This document shows positions 24,600 to 37,719 of a stretch of 64,000 bases of DNA, one piece after another. The position numbers and the translations under genes are program-made. The notes below the pieces were generated by a model, which saw nothing but the letters and a program-made list of their open reading frames with translations, made no database searches and had not been told where the DNA came from. Within the stretch, counting starts at the first letter, position 1. Each line of letters begins with the position of its first letter. Source of the stretch: Trichosphaerium sp. ATCC 40318. Lineage: Eukaryota > Protista > Tubulinea. The stretch lies in assembly GCA_038496445.1 (NCBI GenBank), contig JALMLS010000480.1:1-64000 (forward strand). The letters run 5' to 3'.

Positions 24600-27525
24600 A
24601 TGGGTAATAGAGTATACGGTACATAAAAGGAAAACAACAAACTTTGTTAGACCTTTTCTTTTTTAAATACGATGCCGTGTAGGGGCTGCAGGGTACGGAG
24701 ATATTTACTCTTGGGGAAGGTAAGCATTGTTAGTTTTTTTGAGCTTTGTTTGAAAAAAAATTACGCCGATTTTGTACCACGACGTTGGTGTTGTTATACA
24801 ACCCCACGTGATAGCCAAGTGACTTTTTTATTTTAATTGTTTTTTGAGCCAATAATTATTAATTTTAATCGCTAATTGGTTGTTACTATAGTGGATCAAA
24901 GGGTAAACTAGGTGAGTGGCTGTTAACGAATAGAAGGTCTCGATAGAGATCGTGTAAAATTTTTTTTTTTTTGACAGCACATTCTACGAGATTTTAATCA
25001 TGTCTTGTTCATGTTTACGTTGTATTTTATGATCATGGGGTACTAATAAAACCAATTAAAGGTCATGCTGCAGTATACAATGAAATGTGTCCTAGAAAAA
25101 TAGCAGCATTCGATCAGATCGTATTTGTACAAGTGTCAGCAGGTACCAAAAAAAAAAAAAAGAAGAGATGATTTTGTATTGGACAGAAACGATTTGTTGT
25201 TCTTTTTTAAATTGGATGAATTATTTGTTTATAAATGGAGGTAATAATATCCTGATGTTATTTTAATAGGCGCTGAGCATACTTTGGCATTAACCGATAG
25301 AGGAGATATTTACAGGTAAGTGCGTACACACGAATTTAGTCGATTCGAAAAAAAAAAGATAAATACTTTTCCAAACTAAAAGTTTAAAAGCTGGGGATGT
25401 GGCGCACATGGAAAACTAGGTACCATAGCATGTTTGTTATTAAATATACTAATTTACCTACTAATTGATTAGGGCACTATAATGACGAAGATCAGCTAAT
25501 ACCCACAAAGATCGAAGGTGATATAACGCAAAATGAGTTACATAAGCAACGACTGAGTTTTTTTTTTAAAAGGTTTTCGTCACGTGCGATTTGTTCAGAT
25601 ATCGACTGGTGCTGATCACTCGGTTTGTGTTACATGTATAAAACCAATTTATTTATAAGGTATGATAATGTATTTAGCTGATGGAAACGTGTATACCTTC
25701 GGGAAAGGTCAATACGGTAAGGCTCAACAAAAGTAAATATTTTCTTACTTACTTTTAATCAATAGGAAAATTGGGTACGCTTTGGACTCACTTAGAGCAA
25801 CAAACACAGTGTTGAGCGAGATCATTTCTAATGTCAAAAGGTCATGGATCAATTAATAAAAAGAATAAATTGACACCAACAAAAGTAGAAGCGCTGGACA
25901 ACATTGGTAGAGTAACACGTGTTGTTGGTGCGACAAATTATAGAAAGAACAAAAAAATCATAGAAATCAACGTGTGCACCTTTTAATAACACATCTTTTA
26001 GCCGGCGTTAATCACACATGTGCGATAACAGGTACCAGATAACAGAAAAACTCTTTAACTAAAAAGAGAGATTAATATATTGACATTTTTAATTTGTTCT
26101 AAAGAAACAGGACGTATTTATTCATGTACGACTTAATACTCTACACCATAACGTGTTCTTATCCTCCAATATGGGGTAGAGGATCGTACGGAAGATTAGG
26201 CACGTGATAAAGTTAAGTTTACGTAACGCTAATATAAGGGTATAGGACAAGGAGATCAGTCTGATCAAATGGTTCCCAAATGTATAACTGGCCTTGGAAG
26301 AATAAGATTTGTCAACATTGACGCCAGTTACTACCATACTGTTGCAGTTACAGGTGATATAATTGACTGACGTATGCTATCTAACAGGTTATTAGAGACA
26401 GGAAGATTATGGTCATGGGGTAGGTGAGTTACTTTAAAAAACTTATTGTTTATTTTTTTCCTTACTTTGTTTAAGTGGCGGTTACGGCAAGCTTGTGCGT
26501 TTGGCTATTCAGAAAAAAAAGGTTATATGTTATTTATAGTTTTTAAAAAGGGTCATGGGGATCAGAGAGATCAGTTTAGACCTAAGCTCATAGAGAGTGT
26601 AACACATACGGAATTTTCAAAAGTTGGCAAGTTATTTCTATATATATTTTTACAGTTTTTTATTTTTCCTTGTTTAGCAACTGGCGGCTATCACACCATT
26701 GCTTTGACTGGTACATTGTTATTTTTATAATATTAGAGTGTTTTAATCATATAAAAGCCGATGGTTCTGTTTATACTTTCGGTGGAGGAATATATTGTCA
26801 ACTTGGTCACGGAGACCAACAAAATCAACTTTTTCCAAAAAAAATTCAGGTATGACAAGCTTTGACGAACCTTATTCTGTTTTCAGTCAATTTATATTTC
26901 TGTATGACCTGTGGTAACATTTATTAACGGTTGTTTAGGGGCTTGATGATACAACGTTTACTGGCGTTGCTGCTGGGTTTGATCATTCAATGTTATTGTC
27001 AAGTATGTCTTTGTTTTTCGAAAAACATTTGAAAGTTCTTATCTCTTTCATGCTTGGTATTTGATCAAAGAATTTTTTTTACTCTAGAGCACATGTATCT
27101 TTCACCAAAGTTTCATGCGTAAAAACCAATACAACTTAGATAGTCAGAGACTTAACACGACCGAAATCCTTTTTTTTTTCTTTTTTTTTTATGACGTTTG
27201 TATTAGCCCCTTACATCACCAAGTAACCGTTTTTTTTTTACAAGGTATCGGTGATATTTATACAATGGGTAATGGAGGATACGGTAAATTAGGTCATGAT
27301 AGTAAACAACATCAAACAAGACCTCATAAAATAACAAATGTCGGTGATGTAAAGTTTTGTGCGATAGCAGCTGGTGACTACCACAGTGTTGCATTAACAG
27401 GTCTTCAACGTTATATGGGACGATCATTTAAGATAAAGAGAACTCTTGGTCAACGTATTAAACCATCAAGAAGTAAAAGAAGACTTACAGTAGACAGTGG
27501 AGATGAGAAGTTTTTTACAGTGTAA
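24600..27525 (+). CDS. RCC1/BLIP-II repeat protein, many short exons
   Basis: Repeated IYSWG/VYTFG..GKLGHG..P..I and AG..HS/HT motifs across more than 20 exons, including the 9-nt microexon GAAAATTGG. Confidence 0.85.
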
Positions 27526-28521
27526 AAAAAAAAATAAAATTCAAAAAAAAACCAACATAGTTGTAGCAGTCAGCTTCGCTGATTAATTATCTGATAAGGT
27601 CAACACTTAGAACACGTCAAGACAACACTTATACCAAGCAATAATCATACAAGTTGTTTTCATACACCTTTAAAACCGGCTAAGTTAGTCGAATTAACTT
27701 CCTAATTATTAAAATAACAATAAATCGTTAAACACTATCGCTTTCTTTTCCGACAACAATCCATGTGTTGGTCTTCAAAGAAATTGAGGTTTCTTTCATA
27801 GAAAAAAAACAACGGCTGTACAATGAGTATGATATAATAGAGTACACAAGAAGGCTTTATCTTCCAACATATTGACTTGATGTAAGAGTTGGTAGTGCAC
27901 AGTGTATTCTATAATATCCGTCTGATTGAGGTGGGCTGCCATCGAGCATTGGTTCAAGGTTTTGATGTAGAAGATCAAAGCTTTGGCTGCTATTGGACTT
28001 GGCTTCCAGGAGCTTTGCATTACAAAGCTCCTGAGGGCCCTCAACTACTATCTTTGGTTCTGCATCTGATGATTATGGTAGTTGCGTTGTTTTTGTATTA
28101 ACTAATGTGGTGATTCTAATGTATTCCTTGGTCATTTGTTTTAGTGTTTATAATTGTATTTGTATTTTAAACTGCTTTAGCTAGGTTCCCACAGGATTGC
28201 TCTAACGTCTTGTCCGTTGTTAACACGTGATTAAAACGCTAGTTGGCAAGCTTATTGTTCTATTATTCAATTCTACATCGCCCGTGCACTTAATGACCAA
28301 ATGTAATTTCATCTATCTTTCAGTAGTTATTGTATTACTATTAATACTTCATTGTTGGTTGTAATTGGGTGCCTCCCGATTCATTCTGTACCGCACATAC
28401 ATTACATCCTACCCAGAGAACACGCCGCGGTCAAAGAACGTCATTTGAGAAGACAATTATGTCTTAAAGTACTAGTACTTTATTTTTATTGGTTTAGAAA
28501 ATTTTCACCACTAGTGTTGAT

Positions 28522-28593
28522 GAGCATGTGGTGTAGGCGGGATCACGTCAAATTAAAATTGGAAGGTCAGGGGTTCGAACCCCCTCTTGCTCA
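28522..28593 (+). tRNA. tRNA-like element or pseudo-tRNA (anticodon arm 1 nt short)
   Basis: Acceptor GAGCATG/CTTGCTC, D-stem GTG/CAC, T-arm AGGGG TTCGAAC CCCCT, TTTT downstream; anticodon arm TCAAATTAAAATTGGA is 16 nt with a mismatch. Confidence 0.6.
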
Positions 28594-28709
28594 TAGTTTT
28601 GCGTGGTCATGGAGTTTACTTCAGTACTAATGTAACCAGTGCCATGGGATTAATAGAACTTAACGTTCGTGTTCAATATCACGTGATATTTTTTGTGAAG
28701 TAATTAAAT

Positions 28710-29624
28710 TTATTCCGATTGTATTGCCAATCGTTTAATCATGGTATCTACCAGAGGTATAATTTTAGGTCGGTTTAATGCTGAACAAAACATTTCAAGA
28801 GGAATATTTAGCTTTCTAATAGTGTCTCCATAAGCCTTGAATTTGATTGCAAGATTAACTTCATTGTCTTTAGAAGAGTACCCTTCTTTACGTCCTTCCT
28901 CAATTTCCTTTTTGATCTCATTGTACCTCTCTTCTATAACCGTACTTATTATCTTGTACTGTACAAAACAAGCCATTTTTAAGCTTGACATACTATAAAC
29001 AGTTTAACCATTCTTCTATTCTGATAACAAAAAAAAAAGTGAGAATAGAAAAACATACTTTTTTGTAGATATTTTTGAGTTCATATCCTTGAATCTCTTC
29101 ACATCAATTTTAAACTCATTGTTGACCCAACAATCCCACATGTTTGTATATTCATCATACCTATCATAAATCATCAGAAAAACGTTGCCAGGATCGAAAA
29201 AAACGTGTTTAATTTATGCTTGTTTCAGAAATTTGATTGACTTGACTTCTCAAGAATTTAGTTGAATGGCGTACATGTTGAGCATCCGTTCATAAGTGAA
29301 TTTACTATTTGGTTGTAATGCATTGATGTGATGTTCGGCAAAGACATGTGACTCACTTTGAGACAAAAGTTTTCTGAACATTTGTTTAAACTCATACATT
29401 TGATGATCTGATAAATCATCGGAGTCGCCAGAAATAGGACATTCAGGCCAGAATCTTGTATTTGATGATGCTTGCTTGTATTTTGAAATAAGAAGGCGTT
29501 TATTCTTGCTGAAAGAGTTCAACGCCCAACAAGTTGTACCCAAGACTTGTAATTGATGAAATGATACTATTTCGCACAGTCTGAACCAAAACCCGGTAAG
29601 ACTGATGCCTTCTTCTGTTTCCAT
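28710..29624 (-). CDS. Divergent F-box-like protein with degenerate calmodulin/EF-hand-like region (3 exons)
   Basis: LTGFWFRLCEIVSFHQLQVLGTTCWAL resembles an F-box; DDLSDHQMYEFKQMFRKL resembles the calmodulin N-terminal helix. Confidence 0.45.
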
Positions 29625-30630
29625 GTTGCTTTGTTTGTTTTAATTATCCTAACTGTAGCGTAGTATCACAGTATGTATGTATTCTAGCAAAGTCAACAAA
29701 AAATGGCCATCCACGTGAAAGAACCGATACTGTTAGACGTAACCGGACTCATTCGTTTGAACTACCTTTTTTTTCATAATCTAACATTCCCTCTTAGAAA
29801 CCCTACACTAATAGTAAAGCAAGATACAGGCTTGCGCATTGACATAATAATCTAATCAGCTGAAGGATGCCCGATAAGTTCTCCTCCAAGTGTTGACTGT
29901 CAGTTTATTAGGTGCCTCACTAGTGACGGGGTGAACTAGCTCATAAGTACAATACGTTCATGTCCATGTCGTATAAACGACTCGACGTTGCTCGAAATTA
30001 CGTCAAATACCTAAGACTGACAAATATGAGAGTTCATGATTCTCCAGCACGATTCCATTCAAAATACCTATGTGATAGCAATTTCTTGTCAAAGCGAGTT
30101 GCATACGCTGCATGTTTACGCAAAAGCGGCCATTTGGTATACACTTCATGATTTTGATGTGTTATAAGCCTCTGCAACGTCGCTGGGAGCTGCATAGCCA
30201 TTGGTGGGCGTGTGGGCGTGTTCTTTAACTATTTAAGGTAAGTTTAGGTGCTTGGTAAGCGTTTAAAGTTTAAAGTGCCGTACTGTTCTCTTTGATGCTG
30301 GTAGCATGTTATTGTTGTTTTCTAGAGCTGTGGTTACTATGTTGGGCAGTTTATATTTATGAAAGGTTCAATCAAGTTTTCAATCAATCACTTTCTTTAT
30401 TTAGACAATTTTTGTGGATATTTTTTGTTTTCTTCTTTGCAGGGCTAGAAGAAAGTGCAAAACTTGTTTACACACCTGAAAGCTAATTATACATAATAAG
30501 CTGGAATGATAGCCTGTATGAAAGCAAAAGTGACCAGTAGTTCAAAGTACGCATTCATCTATATCTTTAGCAGTTTGAGCACCTTTATAAAGGTCAAGGC
30601 ACTTGTGCTCCAAACCAATGTTTTATAGCA

Positions 30631-31356
30631 TTTTTTTTTTTTAGAACAAGAGGCAGCGCGCTAGCGCCTACTTTATTACATATAGGGGGGTGTACATGGA
30701 AGACGACTTACAGATTGACATGCGTGTACAGAAAGTTACAGGAGGACATCATGTCATGGAACAGAACCAATCGTACAGATGAAAATAAAACAATTTCTTT
30801 TGCCCATTTTTTTTTTAACCAACCTTGTCGTCCAGCATATGTGTATGTTCTATTAATGGTCAGCAATTTGATTATGGTTCTGAGGTTAACGTTTTCATGG
30901 ACAATTTGTTGCTATCCGTTTAATTACTGTATTGCTCAAGTGCATATAGAAATGGTCCAGTCCCAGCTAAAAAAGAAATGTTCCTCATAGCAAAGCTATC
31001 TACACTTGTGGAAACATATTCATTGCGCATGTGATTATACGAAAAGGAAGTACCAAAAAAAAAAAAAAAAAAAAAAATTATTTCAAAAATCTGACCTTGC
31101 TATCTTCATTGACTCTAGTTTCATTACCTGCTAATAATGTTTGAGTTACAAGCATGTTCAATGGCCGTAGACGTAGAAATAGTGAGGTGTTCTTTAGCAT
31201 GTCAAACAGAGCTACAGCATTAAACTGTGTGCGCAGGAGTGCTTTGGGCCCGTCATGGGCGTAAAGGGCTCTGGAGAGTGTAGAGATAACCTAAAGGTGT
31301 AAAATAAAAGATATGTGAAGAGAAGCTGCATTCACTGGGCAGTTAAGCCGGCCTCC
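30631..31356 (-). mobile_element. Poly(A)-tailed retroposed insertion (truncated non-LTR element, SINE or retrocopy)
   Basis: 17-bp direct repeat ACCAATGTTTTATAGCA at 30614-30630 and 31357-31373; T12 at 30631-30642; minus-strand AATAAA at 30672-30677; GC hairpin at 30651-30669. Confidence 0.8.
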
Positions 31357-31461
31357 ACCAATGTTTTATAGCAGTCAACCTTGGTATTAAAACACGTGGT
31401 TTGATCCCACTTTACCTCTAATTATATTGTTTGCAGTCTTGTTGCTTCAGTTCTATTAAAT

Positions 31462-32726
31462 ATGAAGCAGAAATTGTTGTGCTTACCAAGGGAAACTACA
31501 TCAATGCTTTCGCTGCCAGTGGAACTTCACCACACCATTTTCGAGCTAAATAAGGCAGTTTACATTATTTGGCCCTTATTATGCAAACAAACGGCTAAAA
31601 CATCACGATTCAATGATAAACTCGAAAAACACGGCAGATGGATCAGTTGGGAGTCATATATGGTTCATTCAGCACATGTAGTCTTTGAGAACGGATTAAA
31701 GCACGGTCCATTCACGGAGTTTAGTCATGATGGCGTAGGAAGAGGTAGAAACATGAAAGACAAGAAGCATGGTAAATATACGTTTACGAACAAAGATGGA
31801 AAACTACTTGTGGAGGTACACTTAAACCTGATAGTATTACTATACGGAAGGTTTCTTCGACCGCCTTTGTGGTGTAGGTGTAAGCTAGACTTGCTGAACC
31901 TATTTATTGTTTTTTCGGATTTTCAATGCACGTGATTGTGTTTGACGAGTTATTGTTCTAGTCGTTCGAACATTACTTGTTTTTAATCCTACCCTACGGA
32001 AACATCTTACTCCATGTTTTGCTATGCCTTTAAAAACTGGGTGGGGGAAAAGGCGAGTAAGGATTTGAACGCTTCAAGAAGAACAGTAGAAGAGTAATAT
32101 CTCGAACCGTAACTTTTTTTTATTTAGTACTTTAAGATTCTTCTTTTTTGTTATTGGTTATTTACCTGTTTACTAATACGAATAATCGTATTTAGGATGT
32201 GTTTAAAGAAGGTCAATATCATGGAGAGTGTAAGGTTTGGAATGAAAATGGTGTATTGATGGAACATAAACAATATAAAGATAATAAAATACATGGTAAA
32301 AGCAAATATTGGAATAAAAAAGGAATGCTCATTCATGACCAAACCTTTGTTGAAGGTGAACAAAATGGAGTACAAATACGCTATGAGCATAATGGTGATG
32401 TACATACATCTCATTACAAAAATGGTGAGATGGAAGGATTATATACAATCCATGATAGTAAAGGAACAATGATAAGTCATGTTGTTTATGTGAAATTTCA
32501 ACCTCATGGTGTTTGGACTAGATGGCATAGGAATGGTATTCTTGCTTCTAAATGTGGGTATGCTCATGGTAAACAACATGGTACATATAATTTATGGGAT
32601 GATCAAGGGAATATGATACTTGACGAACAATTTGAGGATGGACAAAATATTGGACAACATACAGAGTACTACACGGATGGAACTATTAAAGAACAATGGA
32701 CTTGGCCTACCTCTGACAATGTATAA
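31462..32726 (+). CDS. F-box-like/MORN2-repeat protein, one intron (31816-32195)
   Basis: MLSLPVELHHTIFE..WPLL..TSRFNDKLEKHG; a phase-0 GT-AG intron joins KLLVE to DVFKEGQYHGE in frame. Confidence 0.85.
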
Positions 32727-33230
32727 CACCAATAACTTCCCTGGTCTGTAATAGCATGTAACAAAAGAAAGAAACATCAATGTCATTGGTGAGTAAAACC
32801 AAAGCAAAGAAAAAATACAACATTCATAATGAAAGATAGGCTAAGAGTCCCTGTGATCGTGGTTAATAAAATAATTGGCTGTCCCCACCCCTCAGCTACA
32901 GGCGATGTTACCTACAAAAGAGAGGCAACCATTGCAAACCGCTTGGTCATGAGATTGGAAAGGTTCAAACCCTTAACACGGAATCGTGCTCCTCTATGTG
33001 CTATTCATTGTACTTGTAAAGTTGTAACAACTGGATGGTGAGACATCCCGTAATAAACCAAAGTTTGCAAAAAAAAAAAGATCAGCTACCTTTAGCAAAA
33101 AAAACAACCAATACTATGACGTTCAATTGTCAGATGTGACACTTCTAACAAAGCTCGTAACTCAAGCATGCTACTGTCACCTGCACCTAGCAGCCAAGCG
33201 AAAAAATTAATTGAATCCTAGTCTCAAACC

Positions 33231-33595
33231 TAACGCCCTTCCGTTATGAATACAAGCAATATTCATATTCATTGTCCCGTAAGCCATATTCATTAATATT
33301 CATTCATGAATATTCATGGGCGTTTGATGAGTCAGGAATTTGAGGAGCTTTTGGTTTGTAGCACCTAGCGATGTTCCAAATGGATAGATTCAACAAGTTG
33401 CATTTGAAAACCGAATCGGACAGTCAACAGAACACCAAAACCCACAAATCCAGTCAAAATCAGCCATCAAATTGCACATATTTCGACCGTTTACTGTGTG
33501 CATGAATAATGAATGAATTTTTTTAGTCGTGAATATTTGTGAATGTAGGCTGTATTTGAAAATTCAAAGTATTCATTCAAAACGGAAGGGCGTTA
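33231..33595. mobile_element. hAT-superfamily MITE
   Basis: 21-bp TIR TAACGCCCTTCCGTT(A/T)TGAAT; perfect 8-bp TSD CTCAAACC (33223-33230 and 33596-33603); subterminal TATTCA/TGAATA repeats. Confidence 0.9.
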
Positions 33596-33729
33596 CTCAA
33601 ACCCAAAATCAATCTAATGTTGTCCAATATTATCTACGGTAGCAGACATGTTGAGTTTATCTTCCCAAATCTTTTAGTGACGAACTCAAAACCCAGAAAG
33701 CAATTTTTTTTTGTTTTTTTTTGGAGATA

Positions 33730-36422
33730 GTTAGCAGGCTCAGGCTCTAATAACAGAAGCTTACAATTATTCCACCGGGACAAATAGCGTCATTTTATCC
33801 TAGAATCATGGGTTTCACTTGTAGCGAGCATAATCTTGGGACACATTTCAGAGAACTTGGTTCGGGTTTTTGGGGTTGAAAGTCAAAAATTAAAGTGCTT
33901 TTCTACAAAGATGGAACCTCCTATGATGCTTCCTTATTCTGCTGAATACAATCTTATTAAACAACTACAAGCTACACATGTTGTAAGGATTGAAGTAAGC
34001 GAAACAATCGGATTTCCTTCAAAAAACAACGTATTCGTTAGTATTAGCCATAAAAAAGAGAATGCGAAGACAACTGGTACGTTTTAAACATATTGATCTG
34101 AACAATCACCAGAAAAGGCAAAAACTACCTTAATCGCCTTTTAAACGCGTGGTTGATACGAATTCAAGTTATTAACAGCGGTTTTTTAGCAATAAACCCT
34201 TCACAGCGTCCTTACTTTCAACGGCTCATCTTATTGATAAATCAAGGCTCCTTATCACCACTGGAGATAAAAATAAAGACCAAAAAGTTCATGTCATCCA
34301 AAGAGGTACGACAAAAAAGTCTCCTTTGTCATAAAAAAGCACGTGGCTTTTTTTTTTTTTGACAAAAGTTTGCGTTTGAATTTGAAGTCACTCTTTGGAG
34401 TGTCTCTTTGTATAGAATAGCGGTGAATATCAACTAACTATATCGAAGATTGTAGCTCAGCTATTCCCTGACTTTATGAAGTTTAAACCAGGAGATGACA
34501 GGTAAAGAAATTTGTTGTTGTTTGCTTTTTGTTTAACTAAGCTGTATTTTAGAGACATTTGGATTGATTTTAGCGATCAAGGATTCTCTAACATGAAAAT
34601 CCGTTTCAGAATGAGAATGAGTACTGAATATATGATGCCTAAAGTCATCAAAAGTGCCAAAAGGTAAAGAGAAAGATGTTTATTTGTTCAGTTCAATCAT
34701 TTTTTTTCATCTTTTTCTTGACATTCTAATACTACCATCAGGTGTCAACCTGAAATGTCAATGAGTGTTCCCCTCAAGACATACCATACAGGACAAAACG
34801 TTTCTGGTGTTGTTTATTTTTCAACACCAGTTCATGTTCAACCAAATGATGGTATTCGTATTATACTACAGTGCTACGTAAGTTCTCTTTATTCTCCACC
34901 TAAAGTCAAGCCCTAAACAATTATGTAGGAGTACTGTTATTGGACTGAAAGTGATGGTGAGAGTAGCTATACATACAGTGCTGAGAGGACAATTCTAGAA
35001 AAGGAATACAAATTAGAAGGCAATTTTGACGATGTATGTCTTTTTGGTGTCAACACTATTTTAACACGATTTTTTTTAAAAGGGTATCCCACCTGGTCAC
35101 CACTCATACCCTTTTTGTATACCAATACCAAACGGTGTTCCTTCATCATACATGCAAACAGGTAGTTCTGTGGGTAGAATTGTTTATCAGGTAAGAGCAT
35201 ACCATGGGGACAAACCGCGAAAGTTGAAACACATGAAAAAAGCACCTAAAAATCCAGAACTATCTTGTGGTACGATTGTCTTATTCTTCTGTACTTTTCT
35301 CTTATACACTGTTACTTCTTTTATATCTGCTAAGGTTATGTTAATTATAATTGAATAGCGGCTTGTATTGATGTGGTAGAACAAATGGATGAAGCTGACT
35401 TTCCCGACAAGCTAATCTTTGCTCATCCTAAAACTGGTGTCAAATTTACTGTTCAATATAAGAATCCAGTGATCTATGTTGATGATCCTAAAGTACTAGA
35501 ATTCACAATGGTACTCATTATTTCTTAAAAACAAATGAAGAATATTTTCTAGAACATGTGCGAGGGTTCAAGTCACTTATTTTTTTTAAATAGACAATAG
35601 AAAATGTTACTGCAAAGTCACTTAAAATACTCAATGTTAAACTCAAGATGAAGAGAACTCTCCGAGCGTATAAAGCCTCTCACCCACATAGGTATGTACC
35701 AACGAATATAGCCATACGTAGTCATACTGACACTATTAAAAGGTGTACAATGTGCAATATCAAAGAAGATATAAAAATAGAACCAGGAGATACTTTTAAG
35801 AAAAAGTACACAATGAATTTCAAGATTCAAAATCATCTTTACTGGCCATCACTTCATGATACAACTACAGTATTACGTACATATCAGGTGAAGGTCAAAG
35901 GAAAGTTCAGCATGTGTACGTCATTGATAAATCATAACAAACATTGAGATATCAAGTGCTAATGTTGCTTTGTTTAAACAGTTAAGCGGGTCAATGTTTC
36001 ATTTCCAGTTCAAGTCTGTGGACATCCACGTGACAGACAGATCAAAAAGACAAATGTTCACAGAGAGTATGAATTTGAACCAGAAGAAGACTCTGGTAAT
36101 AGTAGTGGTAGCGGATTTAGTGTTGTATCATTAGCTGCAAGGTACTTATTTACAGCAACTCCTGTGCAAGTGATAGTTTTTTACTTTCTATAATAGCCAA
36201 TACTCAAGTCTTCTTGAAGAACAATCAAATCTTCCAGGTGATACTACAGGTCCATCAATAAGCAAACAACCAAAACAAGAATGTTTGGATGATCCTTACT
36301 CAGAAGTTGAAGAACCAGAGTCCAGGATGATGACAGCTGCTGAAAGTGGTAACATTCTACTTTCTGATATTGTTGGATTCAATAATCCTTTTATTTCAAA
36401 GTTTCCATTGTACATACAATAA
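33730..36422 (+). CDS. C2-like plus arrestin-domain protein, copy 1 (multi-exon)
   Basis: GQNVSGVVYF, PPGHHSYPF, SVGRIVYQVRAY and PSLHDTTTVLRTYQVKVKGK are arrestin N/C motifs; N-terminal C2-like exons. Start approximate. Confidence 0.75.
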
Positions 36423-36570
36423 ATAAAGTCCATTACAACCATCATTACCCAGAACAATAAAAAGTGTCTCATTCTTATGTTGAAGTCATGTCAAAAACCG
36501 TTTATGCTCTAAATCTCCTGTTGTACACCATATCCTAAGCTCTGAAGTCTACCATTCACATAAGTACATT
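33795..36570 (+). repeat. Left arm of ~2.8-kb inverted segmental duplication
   Basis: Reverse-complement match, introns included, to 42350-45470. Confidence 0.95.
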
Positions 36571-36885
36571 GTTTCTCTAATTGTCCATTATCATGCCTCT
36601 TGTACTCTCCTTCTCTAAAATCTTTCACATAATAACAGTACTCATATAAAAATCCATAATATTCCCACCTGTTGCACTCTTCTTCTTGCTTACCACCAAC
36701 ATAATTGGCCTGTTTACGATATAAATCAAATATATCTATTAGCCAATACTTGTACTCTCCTTCTTTTTCACTGTGGTTCCACTGAAAACACCCACATTGT
36801 ATTTTGAATCTGGTGAGCCTGACAAAATCGTTTGTTAATGCCATTTACCATGTTTGTTCATATCTTTATCAAATCTTGTCATCGC
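36509..36885 (-). pseudogene. F-box/MORN2 pseudogene
   Basis: MTRFDKDMNKHGKW motif frameshifted against EKEGEYKYW..REGEYKRHDNGQLEKQC; paralog of 57569-58258. Confidence 0.75.
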
Positions 36886-37138
36886 TTTGTCAATATTTGA
36901 GCAATTGGTTATTAATTAGTTCCTATGTGTTAAATGCAAAAATGTAACGTAAGAGGAGCTCCTTGTTACATGTACCAAGCTTGTGTGTAAAACATACGTG
37001 AACACCAATCCTTAACTCACAAACGGGAGTCTCCTTAGTCAATAATCCGGGTCAGTTCCAGTTTGAGCGGCTATTGTATACCAAATTCCTAAGACAGTAT
37101 GCAAGTTAACTAGTTTATTTACGTTACGTGACGGGTAT

Positions 37139-37719
37139 AGGCTCTATGCATGTTTAGCAACAATACACCTTATGTTTCTTTTAGTCAATCTTAATTGAGT
37201 TACGGTGGCTGTATCATCAAGTTCACTACGAATTTTCAAAAATTAACAGCAAAAACTTCTGGATCTGTTTCAAGCCCTAATGAAAAAGAATGTAAGATAC
37301 CGAGATGACACTAACGCTGAGAACAAAAAAAATTTACATCTACGTAATGAATCAATATATATGACTCTGTGGTATGTGTATGCATACAAACAACTGAACT
37401 GTCTTTGGTTTTTTTTGATTTTTTTCAAAATACAAAAAAAAAAAAAAGAAAGGAGGTGCTGGTACCTAATGTGGTCTTAATTCTATTCTTCGCTTGTACC
37501 ATTGTGTCGTCATCATTAACCATTACAACATAATCTTGCTCATTCACCCATTTTTTTCCTTCATAATGACCTTTCAAATAAACAAGCGTCAACAAGCAAT
37601 ATCATACCAAAAACAGAAAAAAAAAACACCCTACCTTGGTGGATAGTTATTTGTGTAGAAGGTCCCACAGCTCTACCTCGCTGAAAAAACTCAGGTGGTC
37701 CATAAGGTACTTTTGCCAT
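37139..37719 (-). CDS. Small multi-exon protein with possible ubiquitin-like fold
   Basis: Spliced reading MAKVPYG..QITIHQGHYEGKKW..VVMVNDDDTMVQAKNRIKTTLG..ELDDTATVTQLRL. Confidence 0.4.

Noticed and set aside
31823-31860. Hammerhead ribozyme or TPP riboswitch-like motif (AACCTGATAG..GGAAGG)
   Set aside because: Lacks the exact CUGANGA/GAAA hammerhead core and the CUGAGA element of TPP aptamers.
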